DNA from: Candidatus Methylomirabilis oxygeniifera
GTDB lineage: Bacteria > Methylomirabilota > Methylomirabilia > Methylomirabilales > Methylomirabilaceae
Length of the DNA: 32,000 nt
Direction of reading: 5' to 3'
Assembly (NCBI GenBank): GCA_000091165.1
Contig: FP565575.1
Location: forward strand, 120,001 to 152,000
The translations under genes and the position numbers were made by a program. Below the pieces are notes generated by a model. That model was not told where the DNA came from. It did not search any database and was given only the letters and a program-made list of their open reading frames with translations. Of this stretch, positions 15,258 to 23,011 are shown in pieces (positions within the stretch are counted from its first letter, which is position 1; each line of letters starts with the position of its first letter).

Positions 15258-16441
15258 GTCATTGGATCGAGTTGGATAAGCGGTACTTCATGGATACCGG
15301 TCACCGGCGTCTCGGGGTGACGCTCGTGCGCGGGGAGGGGGCGAGGGTCTGGGATGATGCCGGGAAAGAATATCTTGACTTCATTGCCGGATGGGCTGCC
15401 TGTAGCCTCGGCCACTGCCATCCTATTATCCAGGAGGCCCTTCGGGAACAGTCAAAGCGCCTTATCCTGGCGAGCCTGGATGTCTATACGATTCCCCAGA
15501 TCGAGTTGGCTGAGCTACTCATCTCCTTGAGCGGTTTGGCCAAGATCTTCTTCTGCAATAGCGGAGCAGAGGCAAACGAGGGCGCTGTTAAGCTGGCCAG
15601 GAAGCATGGGAAGTTGCACCTGAATGGCGCTTATGAGGTTATCTCGGCCCTGAAGAGCTTCCATGGTCGGACATTGGCGATGGTGGCCGCGACGGGTAAG
15701 CCGGAGTATCAGGCGCCCTTTACTCCGCTCCCTGAAGGATTCAGAAACGTCCCATACAACGATATCGCAGCCCTGCGGGCCGCTGTCGGTGAGCGGACCT
15801 GTGCAATCCTGCTGGAGCCGATCCAGGGCGAGGGCGGGGTGAACGTTCCGCCTGAGCACTATCTGAAGGAGGTCCGCACGCTCTGCGACGAGCGGGGCCT
15901 TTTGCTCATTCTGGACGAGGTCCAGACGGGCTGCGGTCGAACCGGGACCCTGTGGGCACACGAGGGTTTCGGTATCAGGCCGGACATCATGACGATAGGC
16001 AAGGGGTTGGGCGGCGGGGTTCCTATCGCTGCGTTTCTGGCCAACGAACGGGCCGCCTGTTTTGGTCCGGGAGATCACGGCTCCACCTATGGCGGCAATC
16101 CGCTCTGCTCTGCAGTCGCCGGTGCGGTGTTGCGGTTTATCATGAAGGAAGATCTGCCGGGTAACGCGGTACGGGTGGGAAGCTACTTCCGGGAGCGGCT
16201 CCTGGGCTTACAAGAGGAGTGGGATCTCGTGAAGGAGGTTCGGGGCCGCGGCCTGCTCCTGGCGATGGAGTTCACGAAGCCGATCGCGCTGGCAATGGCT
16301 CAGGCCTGCTGCGAACGGGGCCTGCTGGTGAACCCGATCCCGCCGCAGACAATCCGGTTTATGCCGCCCCTGATTATCACCCGACAGGACGTGGATCAGG
16401 CCATTATGATCCTGGATGCCGCCATCAGGCAGATCAAGTAG
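15254..16441 (+). CDS. class-III PLP aminotransferase (acetylornithine/ornithine aminotransferase-like)
   Basis: 395 aa. It has 'LDFIAGWAACSLGHCHP', 'NSGAEANEGAVKLAR', 'LILDEVQTGCGRTG' and 'TIGKGLGGG' (Schiff-base Lys). Its ATG overlaps the upstream stop (ATGA at 15254-15257). Confidence 0.9.
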   Translation: MSHWIELDKRYFMDTGHRRLGVTLVRGEGARVWDDAGKEYLDFIAGWAACSLGHCHPIIQEALREQSKRLILASLDVYTIPQIELAELLISLSGLAKIFFCNSGAEANEGAVKLARKHGKLHLNGAYEVISALKSFHGRTLAMVAATGKPEYQAPFTPLPEGFRNVPYNDIAALRAAVGERTCAILLEPIQGEGGVNVPPEHYLKEVRTLCDERGLLLILDEVQTGCGRTGTLWAHEGFGIRPDIMTIGKGLGGGVPIAAFLANERAACFGPGDHGSTYGGNPLCSAVAGAVLRFIMKEDLPGNAVRVGSYFRERLLGLQEEWDLVKEVRGRGLLLAMEFTKPIALAMAQACCERGLLVNPIPPQTIRFMPPLIITRQDVDQAIMILDAAIRQIK

Positions 16442-16520
16442 GTGGTGGCCATACCCGAGGCCGTTCGCGAAGGCAATAGGATGGGTTCTAACCTTTCCCA
16501 GAAAATCCTATTTGTCAAAT

Positions 16521-16559
16521 CCCCCCGTATCCCCCCTTTGCTAAAGGGGGGTTGGGGGG
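16521..16559. repeat. C6/G6 palindromic REP-like element
   Basis: C6-gtat-C6-tttgctaaa-G6-tt-G6 forms a nested hairpin. 'gtatcccccctttgctaaaggggggttggggggttttgt' is closely related to 20179-20218. Confidence 0.6.
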
Positions 16560-16611
16560 TTTTGTATGCCGTGGTGCCGGGTCCGGACTTTCATGGTGAT
16601 GGAGGATAGTG

Positions 16612-18237
16612 ATGACTGGCGCAGAAGCGGTTGCCGAATGCCTGAAGGCTCAAGGAGTTGAACTGGTCTTCGGGATACGCGGCCTGCACATCACGCCTGT
16701 GGCCACTGCCGCCAAACGACAAGGCATTCGATTCATTGAGGTCCGCAACGAGCAGTCCGCAGCCTTCATGGCCGATGCCTATGCCAGGGTGACCGGGCAG
16801 GTCGGGGTTGTGCTGGCCGGGACAGGCGCCGGCACTGCCGCCACGATGGTCGGCATTCAGGAAGCCTATTGCAGCTCCTCGCCGGTGCTGCTCCTTTCCA
16901 GCCAGATTGAGCGGGCGCATCTGCGCAAAGGCTGGGGCGATGTCCACGAGGTGAAGGATCAGCACGGTCTGATTTCGAATGTGGCCGAGGCGTGCTATGA
17001 CGTGACGGCACCCGCAGACATTCCTCAAAGCTTCCAGACGATCTTTTTCAGGATGGAAAATGAACGACCGCGACCCTACGGCCTCGAGGTTCCGGTGGAT
17101 GTCCTGAACGCGGAGCTTGTCGCCCCTTTCTCGTATCAGCAGGCAGTGCGTACGCCAAAGCTGCCTGATGAAACGAGGCTGGAAGACGCGGTTGAGCTGA
17201 TTGCAGGCGCGAGGCGGCCTATCATCTATGCCGGAGGCGGCTCGATCGCCTCAGGGGTAGGCCAAGCGATTGGACGACTGGCCGAGCGGCTCAACGCCCC
17301 GGTGCTTACCAGTATCAAAGGGAAAGGGGTATTCTCAGAGGCTCATGATCTATCCCTTGGCAATCTTGGGACTGAGGAGCCTGTTCGGTTGTTACTCGAA
17401 AAGGCCGATCTTGGCATCGTGGTCGGCACACGGTTCAGCAACCGATCGACCGGTAAATGGTCATTGAGGCTCCCGTCGCAATGGGTCAGGGTTGATATAG
17501 ACGAGCAACAGTTCGCCAAGACCCATCCGAGCATCCAGGGCAGCCATGTCGTTGAGCTGGTAGGCGATGCCCGCATAACCGTAGAGGCTATTCTCGAAAG
17601 GCTTGAAAAGCAGCCGTCACGTCCGCAAGGCTTTGAGCGGTCAGAGGTCATCGAGGCCAAACGACAGGTCCTGGAAAGCGTGAGAGTGAAATATCCTGCC
17701 GAGGTAAAACTGCTTGAAGATATCAGGCAGGCAATGAAACACGACGCCATTGTGGCCAACGATTCGGCCATGGCGACATACTGGGCGCGTCGGTACTTTG
17801 AGGTTCACGAGCCCAGAACATTTCTCTGGGCGATGGGGAGCGGGACAATCGGGTTCGGGCTACCGGCTGCCATCGGTGCCAAGCTCGCCAAGCCGGATTG
17901 TCAGGTTCTGGCGCTGTGCGGCGACGGCGGGTTTCTTTACTCCTGTCAGGAACTGGCGACTGCGGTCAAATATCGGGCCGCCATCGTCATCCTACTCTTT
18001 AATAACAACGCCTTTGGTGTCGTGGACTATGCCGAGCGAAAGGCGGGCCAACTGTTTGGCGACGAAGCGCTTGTAAACCCGGACTTCATCGCCTTGGCGA
18101 AGTCATTTGGCGCCGATGCGGAGCGGGTCGATTCGCTAGAGCAAATCGGTGAGGTCGTCGAGAAGGCGCTTACGCGAAATCGGCTAACGGTCATCGAGGT
18201 CCCGGTCGCCTTACGTCCCCCACCGGATCTGGCCTAA
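16612..18237 (+). CDS. thiamine-diphosphate-dependent enzyme, acetolactate-synthase-like (possible 2-oxo-acid decarboxylase)
   Basis: About 541 aa. N-terminal 'GVELVFGI.G' and 'RNEQSAAFMADAYAR' belong to the ThDP Pyr domain. 'GDGGFLYSCQELATA...LFNNNAFG' is the ThDP-binding GDG...NN motif. A GGAGGA RBS lies 5 nt before ATG 16612; the track starts at GTG 16609. Confidence 0.85.
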   Translation: MTGAEAVAECLKAQGVELVFGIRGLHITPVATAAKRQGIRFIEVRNEQSAAFMADAYARVTGQVGVVLAGTGAGTAATMVGIQEAYCSSSPVLLLSSQIERAHLRKGWGDVHEVKDQHGLISNVAEACYDVTAPADIPQSFQTIFFRMENERPRPYGLEVPVDVLNAELVAPFSYQQAVRTPKLPDETRLEDAVELIAGARRPIIYAGGGSIASGVGQAIGRLAERLNAPVLTSIKGKGVFSEAHDLSLGNLGTEEPVRLLLEKADLGIVVGTRFSNRSTGKWSLRLPSQWVRVDIDEQQFAKTHPSIQGSHVVELVGDARITVEAILERLEKQPSRPQGFERSEVIEAKRQVLESVRVKYPAEVKLLEDIRQAMKHDAIVANDSAMATYWARRYFEVHEPRTFLWAMGSGTIGFGLPAAIGAKLAKPDCQVLALCGDGGFLYSCQELATAVKYRAAIVILLFNNNAFGVVDYAERKAGQLFGDEALVNPDFIALAKSFGADAERVDSLEQIGEVVEKALTRNRLTVIEVPVALRPPPDLA

Positions 18238-18540
18238 GCGGAAACATTCGCTCCGCCCAAGGCGGATACGTTCGCGCTTCTGAGCCGGCCCATGAATCAG
18301 GCGACACGATCGCGACTCCGCTGCTGCCCGATTGTGTCATTTCCCTCGCCGAGATCTTCGCCTAGCGTTAACGCCGTCCGCAACAGTAGGCAAGTACATG
18401 CTACCATCGAGTACATTTCTTTCTGAATCCCACCAAATTACTGACGGCTGATCGCTTTGCCTTGCCACTTTTTGTCTACTGTCGATTGACCTTCGAGCAC
18501 AAACCCCTTGAATCGCAAAGATATCACTCCGTCTATCCTG

Positions 18541-18556
18541 TGGCACTGGATTTGCA
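18541..18556 (+). promoter_or_regulatory. sigma-54 (-24/-12) promoter
   Basis: TGGCAC-tggat-TTGCA is an exact match to the TGGCAC-N5-TTGCW consensus. It lies about 35-40 nt upstream of the GGAGG RBS and start of the 18590 ORF. Confidence 0.6.
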
Positions 18557-18589
18557 TTTCAATTACTGTTTACCAACTATTCGACGGAG

Positions 18590-20095
18590 GTGATGATGAG
18601 AACTCTTGTCTTGTCTCTATGTGCATTGTTCGTTTTTTCGGGAACTTTTCTGTCCGGGTCAGCCGTGGCCCAAGGGGCACCGTCGATCGCCGGCTGCCCT
18701 ATTTTTCCAGCAGACAACATCTGGAATACGCCCGTCGATACGCTGCCGCCGGACCCGAACTCGGACAGCTATATCAACTCGATCGGGAGAAATGCCGGCG
18801 TACATCCGGATTTCGGGTCGGGAATGTGGGAGGGGGCGCCGATCGGTATCCCCTTCGTGACTGTGCCAGGGACGCAGCCGATGGCACCGGTCGCCTGCTA
18901 TTACGCGGATGAAAGTGACGCAGGGCCGTATCCTATTCCGCTGGATGCACCGATTGAGGGGGGCAGCGACAGCAACGGCGATCGCCACGTGCTGGTCCTC
19001 GATCGGGATCGCTGCATGCTCTATGAGATCTACGACGCCTGGCCGCAACAGAGCGGGAGTTGGAGTTGCGGCTCGGGAGCGATCTACAACCTGTACTCAT
19101 ATACCCTGCGGCCCGAGGGTTGGACCTCGGCAGACGCGGCCGGACTGCCGATGCTGCCGGGACTGGCGCGCTATGACGAAGTGGCCGCCGGCGAGATTAC
19201 TCACGCCCTTCGTTTTACCGCGCCCAGCACGCGCCGGGCGTATATCTGGCCGGCCAGGCACTACGCATCCAGCTCGACAAATCCCGCTCTTCCCCCAATG
19301 GGCCAACGCTTCCGTCTGAAGGCCGGTGTCGATATCTCCGGCTTTTCGCCGCAGGTGCAGGTTATTTTGCGGGCCCTGAAGAAGTACGGAATGATCCTCG
19401 CCGACAACGGCTCATCCTGGTACATCTCCGGTGTACCCGACTCGGGCTGGAATGACGACGCGCTTGTCGGCGAACTGCGGCAGGTCCATGGCGACGACTT
19501 CGAGGCTGTCGATGTCTCCTCACTCATGCTCGATCCGAACTCCGGGCAGGTGCGGACGGACGGGTCGGACTTGAAGCGTCTGAGCGTGGGCACGGCGGGG
19601 AACGGTTCGGTGACAAGCGTACCGGGAGGGGTTGGGTGCCCGGGCGATTGCCTCGAAGATTTCCCGACGGGAACCACTGTCGAGGTGACGGCGACTGCCG
19701 GGGCCGGATACGTGTTGGACCGTTGGATGGGCGATTGCGTTGGGTCTGCGCCGACATGCAGTCTGATAATGAGCGCTGACCGGCAGGCAACGGCGGTGTT
19801 TTCGCCAGCACCTCAGTGGGTGACGGTCCAGGAGCCGAACGGCGGCGAACGATGGAAGGTGGGCAGGAAGATGACGATACGCTGGCGGTCCGGCGGCTTC
19901 TCTGGAAAGGTGAGGATTGAGTTGTCGACGGACGGCGGCTTGTCATGGAGGACGATCATCGCGGGCACCCCCAATGATGGGGCACAACAGTGGAAGGTAC
20001 CGCGCTTGCGAACCACTCAGGGGCGACTCAGGATCACCGCGGTCTCGGATTCCTCAATTATCGATGCGAGCGATGCGAATTTCACGATCTTTTGA
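18590..20095 (+). CDS. secreted multidomain hypothetical protein
   Basis: Signal peptide 'LVLSLCALFVFSGTFLSGSAVA/QG'. The N-terminal region of about 300 aa has no recognised family. It is followed by a Cys-containing beta-repeat-like module ('GNGSVTSVPGGVGCPGDC...YVLDRWMGDC') and a C-terminal Ig/Kre9-like module ('WKVGRKMTIRWRSGG..GKVRIELSTDGG'). The start is ambiguous between GTG 18590, ATG 18593 and ATG 18596. Confidence 0.7.
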   Translation: MMMRTLVLSLCALFVFSGTFLSGSAVAQGAPSIAGCPIFPADNIWNTPVDTLPPDPNSDSYINSIGRNAGVHPDFGSGMWEGAPIGIPFVTVPGTQPMAPVACYYADESDAGPYPIPLDAPIEGGSDSNGDRHVLVLDRDRCMLYEIYDAWPQQSGSWSCGSGAIYNLYSYTLRPEGWTSADAAGLPMLPGLARYDEVAAGEITHALRFTAPSTRRAYIWPARHYASSSTNPALPPMGQRFRLKAGVDISGFSPQVQVILRALKKYGMILADNGSSWYISGVPDSGWNDDALVGELRQVHGDDFEAVDVSSLMLDPNSGQVRTDGSDLKRLSVGTAGNGSVTSVPGGVGCPGDCLEDFPTGTTVEVTATAGAGYVLDRWMGDCVGSAPTCSLIMSADRQATAVFSPAPQWVTVQEPNGGERWKVGRKMTIRWRSGGFSGKVRIELSTDGGLSWRTIIAGTPNDGAQQWKVPRLRTTQGRLRITAVSDSSIIDASDANFTIF

Positions 20096-20136
20096 GTCAC
20101 ACCCCATGCGGCCGCGCCCGCACCACGGCGGACGAA

Positions 20137-20214
20137 CCTCCCCCTTTTACAAAAGGGGGAGGTAGGAAAACGTAGAAAGTATCCCCCCTTTTTTTAAAAG
20201 GGGGGTCAGGGGGG
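20137..20214. repeat. two tandem C/G-tract palindromic REP-like hairpins
   Basis: cctcccccttttacaaaagggggagg (20137-20162) is a perfect 12-bp-arm palindrome. C6-T7A4-G6-tca-G6 (20183-20214) belongs to the same family as 16521-16559. Both lie 3' of the 18590-20095 gene. Confidence 0.6.
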
Positions 20215-20308
20215 TTTGTCTGAAGCTGGCGGCTGAATACGATTTTCGAAGGAATGACGGACAGCGGTTACCCCGCGGAATACCCGGAAGAACCGTAGAT
20301 AATTGTTC

Positions 20309-20337
20309 TCAACATCACGAGTCGTTTCGGCTATAAT
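20309..20337 (+). promoter_or_regulatory. sigma-70-type promoter candidate for the DUF3015 gene
   Basis: TCAACA (20309-20314), 17-nt spacer, perfect TATAAT (20332-20337). It lies about 57 nt upstream of ATG 20394. Confidence 0.4.
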
Positions 20338-20393
20338 GCGCGTGGCGCGTGGAATGGACGGCGAGTCGTTGTACATTCACAAAAGGAGGACCT

Positions 20394-20906
20394 ATGGTGA
20401 AAAAAGCGGCCATGTTGTCGGTTGCGGTACTGTTTGGAATGCAGGCAGGTCTTGCGATGGCGGCACCAAATCCCGATACGGGACCAGGATGCGGCTTGGG
20501 CAAGCTTGCCTGGTCCGACTACCAGAGGCAGAAGGACATCGCCCCACAGGTTATGATGGCTACGACCAACGGGACCTTTGGTAGCACTACGTTCGGTATC
20601 AGCTCTGGGACCTCCGGCTGCACCAATGACGGTAAGATCATGGGCGACAGTAAGACGGTCATGTTCGCTGAGTTGAACTTTGAGAATCTCTCTCAGGAGA
20701 TGGCCCGTGGTCAGGGGGAACACCTCGCCTCGCTGGCGACCTTGATGGGCATACCGGCCGATCAGCACGGCGCCTTTTTCGCGATGACCCAGGAACGCTA
20801 CACCTCACTGGTCGAGGCGGGCGAAACCTCTCCGGTGGCCATGGTGAAGGCGATCAATGAAGCCATTGCCGGTCATCCGGTGCTTGCCAAGATCTCTTCT
20901 CGATAA
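20394..20906 (+). CDS. DUF3015-family exported protein
   Basis: AAGGAGGA RBS followed by 'MVKKAAMLSVAVLFGMQAGLAMA/AP'. 'GPGCGLGK..W', 'TTNGTFGSTTFGISSGTSGC' and 'LSQEMARGQGEHL' fit my recollection of DUF3015 proteins. Confidence 0.7.
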   Translation: MVKKAAMLSVAVLFGMQAGLAMAAPNPDTGPGCGLGKLAWSDYQRQKDIAPQVMMATTNGTFGSTTFGISSGTSGCTNDGKIMGDSKTVMFAELNFENLSQEMARGQGEHLASLATLMGIPADQHGAFFAMTQERYTSLVEAGETSPVAMVKAINEAIAGHPVLAKISSR

Positions 20907-20910
20907 CGTT

Positions 20911-22875
20911 ATGAACGGGCTCTGGCCTTCCGGTCAGAGCCCGTTCTGTTTTTCCGTTCGGGTATTACTTCTATCGAGTTCTATCGTTTTTTCTGCCGTG
21001 TGCCTCGCGTCTCTGCCGGCTGGCGCAGAGCCCATCACCGCTGACGTATATCTGTCCGAACTGCAGGCCAAGGTGCGCGCACGTCAACTTGCGGATGACC
21101 GCGAGTGGCATCTGCTCCTTCATTATCGTCCCCGTCTTTTCGGTAGATATGAAAGCGAACAGGACGACCCCGGGTTTTTTCTCTCGTCGACAGGGAAGAC
21201 CGATCCTCAAGCGGAGCTGGATGCGACGCTGGCGCAATTCTTCTCGTCTGAGTTGGTTGGGCGATCCAGGCAGCCGGCGCAATGCGCGTTCATTGCGCGC
21301 TACCACTGGCTAAGGCGAATACTGCAATTCGACGAGTCGCGCTTGCCGAAGATGGCGTGCGAACGGTACGACCGGTGGTTTGCAGATTTTGAGGCCCGGT
21401 CTATTACGCTGATTTTTCCTTCGGCCTTTATGAATAATCCGGCATCAATGTTCGGACATACCTTGCTGCGGGTCGATCAGAAGGACCAGACCGATCAGAC
21501 GCGGATCCTTGCCTACACCATCAATTATGCGGCGGACGTACCGCCGGACGCAGGTATCGCCTATCCGATTCGCGGTATCTTCGGACTCTATAAGGGATAT
21601 TTCTCGACTATTCCGTACTACTTGAAAGTGCAGGAGTATCGCGACATCGAAGATCGTGATATCTGGGAATATCGTCTGAATCTCACTGAACGGCAAGTCG
21701 AGCGCCTCCTAATGCATGCCTGGGAATTGGGAAATGCCTCGTTCGATTACTTTTTCTTCAAAGAAAACTGCTCCTATCATCTTCTGACGCTGCTCGATTA
21801 CGCGGACCCAACGTTGCATCTTACGGATGAGTTTGTTTTCTGGACCGTCCCGGCCGACACGGTCCGACTTATTGCATCGAAGCCGGGGTTAGTCGCGGAC
21901 GTCACCTATCGTCCCGCCCGCAGTAACCTGATCCGGCGCAAACGCGAATCTCTATCGCCGGACGATCGCACACTGACTCTGCGGATTACCAAGGATCTGA
22001 GCGAGCTTACGTCATCGGCTTTTGCCCGGTTGGGTCCTCCACGCCAAGCGTTTCTACTCGATCTGGCTTCGGACCACTTACGATATCAAATCGATACAGC
22101 CGACGAGCCATCGTCTGACCTGAAAGAGCGAAACCGGGCGCTCTTGACGGCCCGCAGCCGACTCAGGATTCCATCTGAGGATTTTATGGTGGCACCGTTC
22201 GCGAAACAGCCGGAGTTGGGGCACAAGACCTCTCGCATCAGCGTGGGGGTCGGCCGGCGGAATCACGATACGTTTGAGGAAGTGACGGTACGAGCGGGTT
22301 ATCATGATCTGTTGGATCGGGAGGTCGGTTATACCCCCGATGCCCAGATCGAAATCGCGTCCATTACAGCTCGCCACTACAATCGGGCAGATCGAACGCG
22401 GATTGAACGGGCGATGTTCGCCAATATCTTATCCCTCTCGCCGGTTGACTCGGTCTCACATGCCCCATCGTGGAAAATCAATGCCGGTATGCAGACGATC
22501 AGGCACCATGGCTGTGAACTGTGCCGCAATGGGGTCATGAATGGCGGCATCGGGGGAGCCGTCGAATCTCGATTGCTGGGTCGGGAGGTCCTGTTCGCGT
22601 TGGCGGAAGCGGAAGGAAATTACAGTCGTGCATACGAAGAGCGGCATCGAGTCGGCGGCGGCGGGACGGTCGGGATACTGGCCGACCTGACCGCGCATTG
22701 GAAGCTCATGGCTACGGGGACCTATCTGAAATATGCGTTGGGTGAGACGTCCGACGACATTCGTTGGTTTATCGGATCACGCTACACACTGTCGCGAAAC
22801 TGGGCACTGCGGCTTGAGTATCATCACAGGGATCGTGACAACGACGCGACGTTCACGCTCCAGGCGTTCTTTTAG
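20911..22875 (+). CDS. DUF4105 (Lnb N-terminal-like) domain protein with a C-terminal beta-barrel-like region
   Basis: About 654 aa. 'FPSAFMNNPASMFGHTLLRVD' and 'FFFKENCSYHLL' are characteristic DUF4105 motifs. The signal-like segment is 'VLLLSSSIVFSAVCLASLPAGA/EP'. The C-terminus ends in an aromatic residue ('TFTLQAFF') as in outer-membrane proteins. The start is uncertain (ATG 20911 versus GTG 20857). Confidence 0.75.
   Translation: MNGLWPSGQSPFCFSVRVLLLSSSIVFSAVCLASLPAGAEPITADVYLSELQAKVRARQLADDREWHLLLHYRPRLFGRYESEQDDPGFFLSSTGKTDPQAELDATLAQFFSSELVGRSRQPAQCAFIARYHWLRRILQFDESRLPKMACERYDRWFADFEARSITLIFPSAFMNNPASMFGHTLLRVDQKDQTDQTRILAYTINYAADVPPDAGIAYPIRGIFGLYKGYFSTIPYYLKVQEYRDIEDRDIWEYRLNLTERQVERLLMHAWELGNASFDYFFFKENCSYHLLTLLDYADPTLHLTDEFVFWTVPADTVRLIASKPGLVADVTYRPARSNLIRRKRESLSPDDRTLTLRITKDLSELTSSAFARLGPPRQAFLLDLASDHLRYQIDTADEPSSDLKERNRALLTARSRLRIPSEDFMVAPFAKQPELGHKTSRISVGVGRRNHDTFEEVTVRAGYHDLLDREVGYTPDAQIEIASITARHYNRADRTRIERAMFANILSLSPVDSVSHAPSWKINAGMQTIRHHGCELCRNGVMNGGIGGAVESRLLGREVLFALAEAEGNYSRAYEERHRVGGGGTVGILADLTAHWKLMATGTYLKYALGETSDDIRWFIGSRYTLSRNWALRLEYHHRDRDNDATFTLQAFF
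20913..20953 (+). terminator. rho-independent terminator after the DUF3015 gene
   Basis: Stem gaacgggctctg(gcc) / (ggt)cagagcccgttc (12 perfect bp plus 3 more including a G-U pair) with a ttcc loop, followed by tgTTTTT. It begins 7 nt after the TAA at 20904-20906 and lies inside the first codons of the next predicted ORF. Confidence 0.65.
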
Positions 22876-22882
22876 CAACACC

Positions 22883-23003
22883 TGAAGCGATCAGCCTTCA
22901 CAGCGGTCAGCTCGCAAGGAAAGACAGGTAGATAGGTAGATAGACTGAAGACTGAAGGGAGGAACGAGCTATACCAAAAAACCTTCAGCCTTCAGTCTAA
23001 ACT
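22883..23003. repeat. long nested palindromic element (CTGAAGG family), copy 1
   Basis: Arms tagactgaagactgaagg (22941-22958) / ccttcagccttcagtcta (22982-22999) have one mismatch. They are preceded by gaagcgatcagc...cagcggtcag and caggtagataggtagatagac words shared with the copies at 31433-31540 and 31835-31950. The element lies between convergent genes. Confidence 0.7.
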
Positions 23004-23011
23004 CCTAACTG

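Noticed and set aside
16521-20214. C6/G6 repeats as a CRISPR array
   Set aside because: There are only two loci 3.6 kb apart. They are palindromic, lack regularly spaced unique spacers and have no cas genes nearby.
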